From Octopus sinensis (Eukaryota), in NCBI RefSeq assembly GCF_006345805.1, contig NC_042997.1, positions 135,284,001 through 135,348,000 of the forward strand: a DNA stretch of 64,000 bases, read 5' to 3'. Positions 51,641-64,000 of the stretch are shown here, one piece after another (positions within the stretch are counted from its first letter, which is position 1; each line of letters opens with the position of its first letter). A program made the position numbers and the translations under genes. The notes under the pieces were generated by a model. It was given only the letters and a program-made list of their open reading frames with translations. It was not told where the DNA came from and did not search any database.

Positions 51641-53320
51641 ATTTCGTGCCTACACTCGTTGAGAGAAATGGTTAGGATGAAATATAAGGAGGGAGAAAGG
51701 GGAAAAAAAGAGAAAAATGTGTAGGTATTATCGTTTGAACATGATGAAATGGTCGGGAGAAAGAGGTTGGTTTAAAAATCAAAGAATGTCAACTGAAAGA
51801 CTTCCGAGTGTTTAAATAAGTTGAAGCAGTGAACAACATAATTCTTTTGGATACTTAAAAATAAGTAAAACCTAAGCATATATGGGAACAGACGTATCTA
51901 TTCTAAATGACATTTGATTCTTAGGAAGAGAATATCCATTTTATTATTATATATTTTCATTTTTATCGAGGTTTTATAAGTTTAGGTCAGCCATCTTGCT
52001 TTTGGTTCTTTTCCTGCATGTACAAAATAAAATACAAATGCTATAACGTTTAAGAGTATTCGCCGTTCAATTTCTAATATTAAAACAGATGAATATCTAT
52101 CTCTTTCACACACGAAAACATAGTTGCCAAATTCTGACGTCAGAGTCGGTGATTCTTTTGATTAGAGTTATCATTCGTTGGCACTGTCTATTGAATACAT
52201 GTAATCCTTGACGTGATTTGATGTGATTCAGAAATTCTAAACTAATTTTTTCTTATTCAGTGATAGTATACAAATGTTTTTCCTTCCAGCTTTATGTAGT
52301 TTATCACATTTAAATACACCTTGGATGACAATTAGCATCATTCTCTTATCACATACACATAAAAAAAAAAAACACTTCAACATCCTTTACTAAACGTGTG
52401 TTTTCTCAATGACAAGAAACCTGAAAAATAAATTCCAAAGTGAAATTGACAAAGAAGATTCTTTCTACAGCAACAAGTAATATAATATAACGAACTATGA
52501 TATCGAGTTTTATATTCTTCCGAACAATATAAACATATACATAATTTCGCTTTTATATCTGGTTTGCAAGATTCTTTATGCGAATTCTAGTGTTGAAACA
52601 AATTTTGTTGTGCTTATGGAAGTTCATTACAACAAATATTATCAACACATACATTGGTTTAATTCCACTGCTTTATTATTAGCCAATTGGTTAAGTATCC
52701 AACTAACTAAACCATTGTTTTGTTTGATTTGGTTAAACAGTAAGCCTTTTGTTTTGCTTTGGTTTGCACCTCCTTCCTAACTTCAACACTATTGCTGCTT
52801 AGAATAACACCTACGCAAATTTTATAAACAAAAAATTCAAAAGAGATGTTTCAGGAATTCAATCACTACTACCATCCACAGCAGGTCGCTTTCAGGGCAC
52901 TTGACCATTTAACATACTACTATCATGGCACCCCAGCTGTCTTCTTCTTCTTCTTCTTTCTTCTTCTTCTTCTTCTTCTTCTTCTTCTTCTTCTTCTTCT
53001 TCTTCTACTTCTTCTACTTCTTCTTCTTCTTCCTCTCCTCCCCCTTCTTCTTCTTCTTCCCTACCAAGAATTCACAAAGACCTCGAACCCACAAAAGTAA
53101 ACAAGAGAGACAGAAACAGGCAGAAACAAAAACAAATGCCACTTGTATTTGAACACTATGCAAATATTTTTTTAAAAAACGTTTCTTTTAATTTTTCCAA
53201 AATTAAATCGCTTTCCATACTTACAGTTGAAAAAGTCTCAATGACTGAAACCGGTACTGAAATGTTTTTTATAAAATTATTTTAGCATTTGCTACCTAGA
53301 TTTTTCCATACATACATACA

Positions 53321-53401
<81 letters not shown>

Positions 53402-53430
53402 GCGAGCATGTGTATATATGTGTGCGTGTT

Positions 53431-53473
<43 letters not shown>

Positions 53474-53744
53474 ATAGGAACGTACGCTTGTATGTACACG
53501 TCACAATCAATAACGCACATTAATTTGCACAACACCGAGATAGAATTTAACTGTGCTCCATAGAATATTTAACAGCAGTCGTGTATGAAATAATAGGGAC
53601 AGAAAGAAAGTAGTCGATCCATGTAAAGCAAATTTGCTAAGTAAATTATTCTCTGTTTGCAGTTTCATCAAGTGGTTTGCTCCTCTCATCAGCTAGACTC
53701 CAGAAGGACACATTATCTCCTTCGCTACTTATAATTATGGATTT

Positions 53745-53785
<41 letters not shown>

Positions 53786-55949
53786 TTCACTTTCTCTCTT
53801 TCTCTCACTCACACGTGTATGTGCGCGCTCGTGTGTGTGTGTACAAAAATCGATTTAGTTACGTCACCGTGCGCACATTTCATTAACAATGATAGCTATC
53901 ATACAAGAAAAATCCTTATAAGCAGATTTCGTTATAAAATCCCCTGAGATCGCATAATAAACATAAATAATATCTAAGGTTTACAATGGATACAGAACAG
54001 TGTTATTGTGTCAGCGGTCATAACTACTGTGCTGAATTGTTTCACGGACTTTACTTAAATATAAAGTGGAAAACCAGACAGTGCTTATACAGTATGCTCA
54101 AGAAGAAATTAAATAGTGATGTTGCCATTGTATCTGAGCTAACGAGTAGAAGTAAGGGAGCAATCAGGTTTATTTGATTAAATTCGGTTTTAACATAGGC
54201 TTATATATTCCTTTACATAAGCGATATGAAAACCTATATTACAGAAAGACTCTAAGCATTGTCGTTTTAACGATAATTTTTTTAGTAGTATTTCATTTAG
54301 AATAGTTAAATTGTCAGTAAGTATACAAATATTTAAATATTATAATGAAGCAAGAAAAGTAATGGATTTAGCGCCGTAAATTCCTCCAGATGATCAAGAA
54401 ACAGCACCTTAAAGTAATTCTCTCCCAAAATTTAAGCTACAGTCCGAAGAAAATTTGCTGTCTTCCTAACCCATATCTAAATCAAGATAATAACACAGCA
54501 GAATTATAAACTAATATATGTAATGCTAAATTTAGAAGTATGGAATTAAAATATATAGATAGAAATAAGATAATACGAAAAAATCAATCTGGTACTAATC
54601 AAGGGAAAGCTGTTAATAAAGAGATAAATACTCTCAGGAGACAAATACAGAGCAGAAAACAGCTCCTATAACTGCAAATGATAGTGATCCAAGCCTCAAG
54701 TATAAATTGGCTAATAGCAATAGTCCTACGACTATACCCGAAGTAAGTTAAATAAATTACACATCTATATCAATGTAAAACGAATAATTATTAATATATG
54801 ATTGATGTTACACAGATATCTTCTGAAAAAACTGACGTATACAGATATGACTAAAGCAAAACAATCTAGGGACGTAAGCGTAACTTGATAAAAGGCTTTT
54901 ACGCAAGGAACGAACAAAAAGCATAAGTAAGATATTTTTTCGATATGCTAAGGAAGAACTTTCTACTTGAGCATTACCAGCATACCATCTTTACGATTCA
55001 CAGCTAAGTCCACATTTTCAACAATACTTTACCTAGCTGATTACGTTGATTACTCTAATATCCCCCATGATTAAGAAATGCATTGAATGCAATCTGGTGT
55101 AAAATACCAATTTATTAGGCCTCTTAAGGCTCTCTACGAGACTCAATAATCTGTAAATATAAGACAGCGACTCATTGTCGCCTTGTAGGTAATTATAATG
55201 TCATTACTAAAGCTGGCACTCGATATTATATTGGTTCCATATCAATTCCCCTTGTACCATGACACAATTGCTAAAAAAATATCAAACAATGCAATTTCAC
55301 AAGCAGAACATATATCGAGTAAAATGTCTAGAGGTACCGACAGTAATATGCAATAAAGTATTACAGCAACAGCCACATGATATAGGAATAACGGAAAAAA
55401 ACGTAGGCGTTGCATGATCGAAGCATTGAAAATACTAATTCGCGGAAACTAAAGTATAATCTCATGCGGACAAAGCAATTTTGATCCTATAAAAAAATAC
55501 CTACTGCACGATTAACAAAAAAAATAAAAGCAAAAAAAAAAGAAAGAAAGAAAAAAAAAAGTTGCAACAACTAGTTAGAAGAATGAAACATTATAGTGAA
55601 TTATTAACATCAAAAAAAAAAACTCACACAGTTAAACTGAAATTATCATTCTAATTGCTTTTCTTCTCATTAATGATATTGTAAAGGTCTTTCTACAGAG
55701 CAACATTATGCGTCTGAAGCACGAATGGCAAACATCTATTACATTAGATGTATAAAAGCAGAAACAAAATTTGTTTTGGGGGTTCAAATCAGGTCCAACC
55801 CAGAAAATTCAAAGCGCTTTCATTGTCCTGCCAAAAGATTCGTGAGTGCGCTCCCACACCCTGTTTCCCAGCTTACATGTCTTAATTTATGAGTGTATCT
55901 AAAAAAATGTTCTTCTGTATGAAAGAGAGTATGTTTATATATACATGTT

Positions 55950-56207
55950 AACGTAACTGGCATTCCGTTGGTTACGACGACGAGAGTTCTAGTTGATCCT
56001 ATCAATAGAACAGCCTGTTCTTGAAACTGCCGTGCAACCGGCTGAGTACTCCACAGATACAGGTACCTTTAACATATTTCTCAGGGAGATTCGGCGTAAA
56101 ACAGACTGTGACAAGGCTGGTTCTTTAGATTACAGGTACAACACATTTTTGCCAGCTGAGTGGACTCGGAGCAACGTGAAATAAAGTGTTTTGCTCAAGT
56201 ACACAAA
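55950..56207 (-). mobile_element. CORE-like SINE, head truncated
   Basis: Minus strand tgtgtacttgagcaaaacactttatttcacgttgctccgagtccactcagctgg. Confidence 0.7.
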
Positions 56208-56310
56208 GTACCCTAGCCACAAAACCCACGCTTCATCACATATGTATGTGCTTGTGTGTGTATAAAAACATACACACACATATGTATAGGTTTGTTGGCG
56301 TGGGTATATT

Positions 56311-56348
<38 letters not shown>

Positions 56349-56355
56349 TGTGTTG

Positions 56356-56520
56356 AGGCGCAATGGTCCAGTGGTTAGGGCAGTGGACTCTCAGTTGTGA
56401 GTGTTTATTGAACAAAAAACACCTAAATCTCCACGAGGTTCAGGCAAGGGGTGTTGGCGATCCCTGCTGTACTCTTTCGCCACAACTTTCTTTCACTATT
56501 TCTTCTGTTGGCCTGCTCGC
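56356..56520 (+). mobile_element. tRNA-derived SINE with internal deletion
   Basis: ggcgcaatggtccagtggttagggcagtggactc is a tRNA-like head with an A box. Confidence 0.6.
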
Positions 56521-56729
56521 TTTAGGTGACGTCAGCAACTGGTGTTTGTAAAATTTAATTGATCTAGAGGTAGGTGAGGTCGGCAACTGGTGTTTGTATG
56601 ATGATTTGGAGTTGCGGTTTCGAAACCCGGATGGAAAACTGTAAACTAAAATTTTTTAAATTGTTTGTTGTTCCTGATTGTTTTTTGTAGAGGAATGAGT
56701 CTTTTTTCTTTTTTTCTTAGTGTTTTTTT

Positions 56730-57890
56730 TCTTCTTTCTAAAGATGTGGTCTATATTTATTAATGGGTATTCTTTCCTTATTTAAACGGAATTGGGTTGA
56801 AGTCTTTCCAGTGCATTGATAGAGATGGAAGATTTGGTATTTCGGGTTTATGTCTACAGGGCATTGGTCGAAGTGCTTGCTTACAGGAATAGTCGTGGGG
56901 TTCCGGATTTGTTGCCTGTGCACTGTAAGTCTATTCCTTAAAGTTAAGCTAGTTTGACCTATGTAGTCCCCACCACACCCTCCACCTTTGAGAACATAGA
57001 TTAATTACTTCGAAGCACCGGTGAAGTGATTTTTATGGTAAACGTTTGACCTGACTTAAATTGCTATGATGCGCCCTCTAAAAGGAAGATGCAAATTCCG
57101 CAGTTAGGGCGGCTGCACTTTTTAACTAGTGGGGTTGTATTTTTGGTGGGTAATTGGCGCTGGTGAGTAACTTTTTTAGGGATTGTGGTTGTCTCTTGCT
57201 TTTGATATTGCTATGTTTTTCCAGTGCCTTTTTTAATTCACGGGTCCTTAATGACGAAGGGTATGTTTTGGTGGATGATGTATACTTCCATGTTCCTTGG
57301 ATTGTGTGTTGATATGTAAGATAAAGTTTTAAGTGTGTCATGGTGTTTTCTTATTTTCCGTAACTCTTGGATATCTATCATCTTTGCACGTTCTATTCTG
57401 TTTATGATTAGATAGGCCGGGTATTTTCTTTCTAATAATTTGATTTGAAATTCTTGCAGTCGCTTTTCTTGGGTTTCGGGAATTTGATGAAATCGTGCAA
57501 ATTCTTCTCGCTAAGTTGAGAGGTATATTTATTTTAGTATGTCTTGGATGGCAGGAGGTGAATAGAAGATATTGTTTTGTGTCCGTTGGTTTGAAGATGT
57601 CGGTTTCAATTGCTGTATCTCTCTTTATGATTAATTTGTCCAGGAAGGGTTGTTGTTTGCGGTTGTATTCTATTGTGAACTGGATACTGTATTTAATGCT
57701 GTTAAGTTTTTAAATTTTGAGAGTTGTTCAACGTTATGTGGCCACAGGATGAAACATTCATCCAGGTAGTGTTTCCAGTTGGTAAGTAAGTAGTTTTGGA
57801 AGTTGTCTCCAAATTTCAGTCTAGCATATGCCATGACAAAGTTGGTAAAACTAGGGGCTACCATCGTTCCCATCGCCGCACCGGAAAAAG
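56730..57890 (-). mobile_element. Penelope-like element fragment (RT + GIY-YIG, Neptune-like), decayed
   Basis: GAAMGTMVAPSFTNFVMAY...WKHYLDECFILW (PLE RT), RQPQSLKKLLTSA, and HRQQIRNP...VSKHFDQC...RLNKE..INKYRPHL. Confidence 0.85.
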
Positions 57891-58336
57891 AAGACGTCAC
57901 CAGTACCTCAACGAATCAAAAATCAGATCGGTTAGCGGGAAAAAATTATAAATACACCCGATTCCAACACATGCCGCTACAAGCGAAAGCTCCTACGGAA
58001 AGATCAGAGAAATTGTAAACCAAATTCCGTTTTTCTGCTATATTTATTTCTCCCTTGTTTTTTCTCTATTAACTCAGTATAACTGAAACTTTGATGATAT
58101 TCATTTCTTGTCGATCACTACAAACATTAATGAGCTTTGTACATTCAAACAAATTGATGTACAGTTGTAATATTGTTGACTGCTATGAGCATTTAAACTT
58201 GTTAACATAATTCTAAATTTGTCTGCTATGAACATTTTAATTTGTCAACCTTGAAACTTTTAAAGATGCTTATCCAGTTCATTATTTTAAACTTCTACTA
58301 TTCATGAACAGAACATATTGCTGAAACTAGTTTGGT

Positions 58337-58600
58337 ATATCTACCACATAATTGAAAAATCGGTGTGTGTTTGCTTGTGGCGTTGTTAGGTAACTCCTCC
58401 TACATCGTTTTATTGATTTGATGAAACTTGACACGTGAGTAGAACACATATCGATAACAAGGCTCCTGGAAGGGATCTTTATATCTACCCCATATAACTA
58501 ACTTTTTTATACACCCAAGGAAAAACCCATACTACCTGCACAATAATTTTTTAAACACTCAAGAGAAATAACCCATAGCACCTGCACTTGCAGTTGTTAG
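58337..58600 (+). mobile_element. Probable decayed non-autonomous Helitron
   Basis: Starts atatctaccacata...gtgtgtgtttg...gatttgatgaaacttgacac (motif shared in reverse with 21455-21470) and ends ...ttgttag|t. Confidence 0.45.
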
Positions 58601-59549
58601 TTTTTAGTGAAGCGATCAATATTTGATTCTTACAGTCAGCAGATCTAATTCTGCATTACACTACTCACAGTTTTCAACTGCAAAATCTTATTATTGCACT
58701 TTCTTGATGCATGTACACTTTCAATGCCCATAACTCCGATAATTCTGCATCTTTGCAGTTAAAATGTTTCGATGACACTACATAGATTTTTGATTACAGA
58801 ACGTAATTAATAAGTGTGTCCCAATACAATGAACTCATAATTTGAATGCTTAAAATTCTTAAAAAATGAAACCAAACCTCCACATCACATTCAGTTGGTA
58901 CACCCTGTATCACTTATACTTATTTTACAAATCATAATATTTATTGCTTATTTACAGTTCATACATTTTCATGAAACTAATTGAGACATCGAATTTAGAA
59001 ATATTTTACAGGTTATGGTCGAGGCTGAGTTGTTTTTATTCATGTGATTATTATCATAACTATGTTTGTGATTATCACTACCTATATTTTGGTTAATATA
59101 TTTAGTTTTTTTTGTTTATATCCACCCTTTTCTAGTAATGTGTTTCTTTTTTAAATCAGTAATTACATCTATTTATTTTCCTTTTTGTTCTTGTTTTTCC
59201 TTGAATATAAACAATTTCAATAATCCTAAATATACACAAATACCTTTACCATTATATGATACGGATTGAAGCAATGAGATACCTTGGATTATATAATCCC
59301 CAATGAGGACTTAACTTCCTCAAAATAACTATATATTTCGTTTAATGTACACAGCTTAAATTTGAAAGAGGAAACTCAATCATTTTAGTAACACGAATAA
59401 ACACCAATTTTTTACTATAAATAGTAGCATGTAAATTACTGGAATTTAAAAAAAACGCCTTGGATATAAAAACATGTCGAGAGTTGCCCGAGAAAATTTG
59501 AAGGTCCTATTGAATTTCTTTGACACAATATTCTACATTTCGGTCTATC

Positions 59550-59759
59550 AAGGCGGTGAGCTGGCAGAATCGTTGGCAAGACGGACAAAATGCTTCGCAG
59601 CATTTCGTTCATCTTTACGTTCTGAGTTCAAATTCCACCGACGTCGACTTTGCTTTCGTTCTTTCGGGGATCGATGAAAAACTACCTATTGAATACCGGA
59701 ATCAATGTACCCCCTCCCACCAAAATTACAGCATTGTGCCTATAGTAGAAAGGATTATT
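59550..59759 (+). mobile_element. tRNA-derived SINE
   Basis: aaggcggtgagctggcagaatcg...gttctgagttcaaattcc...gtgcctatagtagaaaggattatt. Confidence 0.85.
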
Positions 59760-61339
59760 TATAGCTTTACCTACTCAAGTTCTACCGATAAAAATCGTTT
59801 GCTTCATATCTCTTGAAGTTACTAAATACATACAATGTAAACAACTAGATGTAAAATATTGTGGTCCTCCAAATACATATGATAACCCACAGCTAATCAA
59901 ACAATTTAACCGCGCACCAAAGTAGCTTTTTTGCCGTTTTTTCAGCAACAAAACAAGAGAAGAAAGCTTACATTTTATTAAGATGCAAATCGTCTACTTT
60001 GGTTCCTTCTGTTCTCCTACTTGTATGAAAACTTTCTACTAATACTTCCAGTTTATTTTGCCTGTGACAAAAACTTAAGCGAGAGTAAATAATTGATAAA
60101 AAAGAAAAGCGAGAAAGTTGTAAAGCTACTTCACTTTTATTGGAATTGGCGGAATAAAAACGCTCTCTTAGATCTCAAGAATTCATTGAATTGAGTTAGT
60201 TTTTGAAATAAAATGGGATTTGTTTGTGAACAAAGTGGAATTTAGTGTATAAAATATCTTGAAGCATTTATATAAGTAAATAAACAAACATATTAACGAA
60301 AAGTGTTTTTATACACAGGTAATTCTTTTCCCGCGCGCGCATGTGTATTTATATGGTTATGCAAGTGCAAATGGAATCTAAATTTCAATTAGAAAGGTTA
60401 CTCAATGTTTGTATTGTAAACACCGTACGGTGTTTATATCTATCTCAGTTTATATCTATCCCGTGAGTGTGAGTGGTGGGATACTTAATGTTGCAACAAA
60501 GATTTTTAATAACTTCAGAAACAATGGTGAAACGGTCATGCAAATGTAAATAGCAATTTTATTTGATACTAATAATCCACAATCTTTAAGTGGAACGATT
60601 TCCAAAATTAATAAAAGAGTTGCATGAGAGAATTAAATCTAAAATAGCCAGTGGACATCCATAATTAAAGCCAGTACACACCAAGAAAGACGTTATTAAA
60701 TAGCAAATAAATACATATGAAACTATGACCTTAGGTTAATTAACGAGCTGTCCATATATTTCACTAGAATAAATAAATAACGCGAGAAACAACAGAAGTG
60801 TACTTCAAATATACAACAACCAGTTGCAGAGTATTTTTTAAAAATAGCATGTATTGAATATTTTAGCTAATACATTGTTTAGTATAGAAGGTATCACGTC
60901 TAACCTACAGACTTATTTTATCTTTGTATATATTCATATACTCATAAGAAACTAAGATTTGATCTTGAATAAAGAGCGAAGAGTGATAGGTAGAATTAGG
61001 TTATTAAATTCATTAGTATAGTCCTAATTTCTGTCCTCAAATCCAAGGGATAAAGGAGATCTCCACTCCAGCCGACGGTATCGCGAACAGTATCGAAGGT
61101 GGAGAACAGGAGGACAGACAATGATTTTAGACTATTTGTCTTCGTGTTCTGACTGGGACAGGATGGTCACATTTCTTCAGGTGTCTGAAGCTTTCTATCA
61201 ATCAATCTATCTTTCTATTTCTCCCTCCCCCTCTCTCCTCTTTCTGTCTTTCCATAGTTATTCCTATATTTTGTTCCTCACCCTCCACTTTCTCCTTCCT
61301 TTACTCACCCGTCCTCCGCTTCCTACACCTACTCCTTCT

Positions 61340-61624
61340 CATCATCATCGTCATCATCATCATCATCATCATCATCATCAACATCATCATCATCGTTTTA
61401 TTTTCCTTATATTCTTTCCCTCTTCCTTTATCTCACTTCCTTGTAGCAACCCTCCATTGTCTCTTCCTCGTCATCTGTCTTCTTGTTCTTATCAGCTACG
61501 TAATGTTTCCCTTCTATCTGTCGCTTTATTTCTATTAGATTTTTTTTGTTTTTTTTGTTCATATAGCGCGCCCTCTTCTCTATCTTCTTTATCCCCAGCA
61601 ACTACTACTACTACAACAACAACA

Positions 61625-61710
<86 letters not shown>

Positions 61711-61759
61711 AAATAAGAATAATAATGATGATGATGATGATGATAATAATAATAATAAC

Positions 61760-61810
<51 letters not shown>
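61340..61810. repeat. (CAT)n and (ACT)n/(AAT)n/(GAT)n microsatellites
   Basis: Directly visible. Confidence 0.9.
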
Positions 61811-61814
<4 letters not shown>

Positions 61815-62367
61815 GCCCTGATGCAGTACCAGGCAGTGACTCTCATGGCTTCTGATCTTAACTGATTGGAAGTGTTATCATGTACATGTTTTGTCTTGGT
61901 ATAAAAGATGGGCTACAGCAAATATTCTGCTCAATACCACAGATTTGCTTGTCAGTTGTTTGACCTTAACCAGTTGAGCATGTCCCTTAGTGGCTGACGA
62001 TATGTGCATCTCTGATCACGAGCAGAAGTAGTGGGGGAGCATCATAGCCATGTGTTGAGAGGGATTCTTTGGGGTTTGAATAATTCACCTCTGGAAACAT
62101 GGGTGGTTCTTTCAACATCCTTAAACAACCCTTATTCAGGGACCTTTTGAGCGGGATGGGCTACTCAACCTGAAGAAAATTCTAACTGGGCCCCACCTGC
62201 AAGGTCATGTGCTGTTTATCTTGATATGAGATCACCATGTCGCGCTCATATGGTTGTGATGCATGTGCCTGGTGTACCTTTATCAGACGGGTAGTCATGA
62301 TGGGTATATTGGGCTTCGTATATTTGACCCCAGTGTCACTTTGATGGCATGAACTGCTCTCTCACTC
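61811..62367 (+). mobile_element. 557-bp non-coding complex-sequence element embedded in (AAT)n
   Basis: Sharp boundaries aataat|aaatgccctg ... ctcactc|aataat. GC-richer than its flanks, with no ORF of 60 aa or more inside. Confidence 0.6.
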
Positions 62368-62515
62368 AATAATAATAATAATAATAATAATGATGATGAT
62401 GATGAATAATAATAATAATAATGATAATAATATGATATAATTAATAATAATCATAATAATAATAATAATAATAATGATGATGATGATGATGATGATGATG
62501 ATAATAATAATAATA

Positions 62516-62588
<73 letters not shown>

Positions 62589-62602
62589 TGATGATGATGA
62601 TG

Positions 62603-62663
<61 letters not shown>
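62368..62663. repeat. (AAT)n/(GAT)n microsatellite
   Basis: Directly visible. Confidence 0.95.
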
Positions 62664-62665
<2 letters not shown>

Positions 62666-62886
62666 TGCTGCTGCTGCCTCTATTGAATTGATATTATTCT
62701 CTAAATGTGTGGGAATTGTCTTCTGAAATAACATGAAAACTTACTGAAGCTAACAGGAATATAACTCTGTATAATATATATGCACCAGAGTTATACAGAT
62801 ATACGTGCCATTACAAAGTGGTGCATGCAGAAATCTATACATACATACTTTACATATATAGAAATTTATGTACACACACACACACA

Positions 62887-62944
<58 letters not shown>

Positions 62945-63084
62945 AAGAGAGAAGGAGATAGATAGATAGATAGAATGATAAATAGATAGATAGACAGATG
63001 TACACAATACAAACATACATATATTTATAAGTATACAAATAGTATATATGTATACACACACAAACACACACACACACACATATA

Positions 63085-63591
63085 TATATGTATATATATG
63101 CATATATGGATACAGGACATCACTAACAGTAAACAACATGAAATACAAGAACAAATGAGTCCAATACGTAAACAACAAGAGAAACAAATGGAAAACAGGG
63201 CAAGTAACATAAAGAACGACCCTTCATCAGGTGTCGGCCTCTCTATCTACTATTTATTTCGACACTAAACGACAATCTGAGTCTTCGAAGGCAGATACTC
63301 CCATGGGTTCCAAAGCAAAATTTGGGATTTATGGAAGGTCAGAGTTGGGAAGAAAAACAGGATAGTGGTGAAATACAACGAAAAAAATGGAGGGCTGTTA
63401 GACTAGAACAAGGGTAAAATAGCAAAGGGTGGGGAAATATTTTCTTCGGCAGACAACCGACGACTGATGAAGGGTCGCTCTTTATGCTACTTGTCTTGTT
63501 TTCCATATTTTTCTCTCGTTATTTGCGTATTGAACTCATTCGTTTTCGTATTTCATGGTGTTTACTTTTGGTGTCACCCTGTACCCAAATA

Positions 63592-63600
<9 letters not shown>
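63085..63600. repeat. Tail-out inverted pair of the 5640-5865 repeat family
   Basis: 63085-63245 (minus) and 63450-63600 (plus) share ctgatgaagggtcg.tctttatg.tacttg...cctgta.cca.atatgcatata, about 80-85% identical by eye. (TA)n lies outside both. Confidence 0.75.
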
Positions 63601-63635
<35 letters not shown>

Positions 63636-63713
63636 GTGTGTGTGTGTGTGTGTGTATGTGTGTGTGTGTATAATATATATATATATATACATTCAAACAC
63701 ACACACACATATA

Positions 63714-63745
63714 CTAGCTGGTGTTCCCGGTAATTCCTGAGGGTA
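63714..63745 (-). mobile_element. Probable Helitron 3' end
   Basis: a|ctagctggtgttcccggtaattcctgagggt has the same layout as the end at 21177. Confidence 0.45.
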
Positions 63746-64000
63746 AATATGTTCTATTGAAATGCCATATTACTCAGATATGAGAAGGCAATTGAGTTAT
63801 AACTGCCACAAATGATGTATTTTCCGTCACGAAAAAATACAATAAAATGTCTTCTGGAGGAGGGAGAGATTGTTGGAGGTTGGCGAGAGAGGTTTTCGAA
63901 GGTTGGCTAGGAAGATTGTCGGAGGTTGGTGAGAGAGGTTTCATAAATATATGAATGAATTGTTTGAAGAAAGTGCAATAATAATGTTTAGCAGTTCAAA

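Noticed and set aside
53640-53720. Acceptor-like ttctctgtttgcAG and a minus-strand CTGATGA...GAAA
   Set aside because: No matching donor for an exon, and the putative stem II does not pair.

Overview
AT-rich, microsatellite-dense animal genomic DNA. The SINE families and (TA)n/(AAT)n/(CT)n load look like Octopus or another coleoid cephalopod; this is recognition, not a database match. I found no convincing host protein-coding gene, and most short ORFs in the track are translations of simple repeats. The window is a stack of transposable elements: a maT-type DD37D transposon, an IR-DR Tc1 (DD34E), CR1 LINE fragments, a near-full-length R4/Dong RLE-LINE between (AAT)n tracts, two back-to-back Tx1/L1-like copies, Helitron remnants, many tRNA-derived SINEs, and at least six Penelope-like element (PLE) GIY-YIG/RT fragments. 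The most striking signal is about eight type I hammerhead ribozyme (HHR) motifs, from intact to decayed, at PLE-type ends next to (TA)n tracts. There are also repeated 'tail-out' inverted structures: a 3.2 kb coding palindrome at 10087-13340, a 1.9 kb non-coding palindrome at 27325-29250 with a canonical HHR, and a diverged small pair at 63085-63600. Boundaries were read by eye and are approximate unless a terminal motif is quoted.
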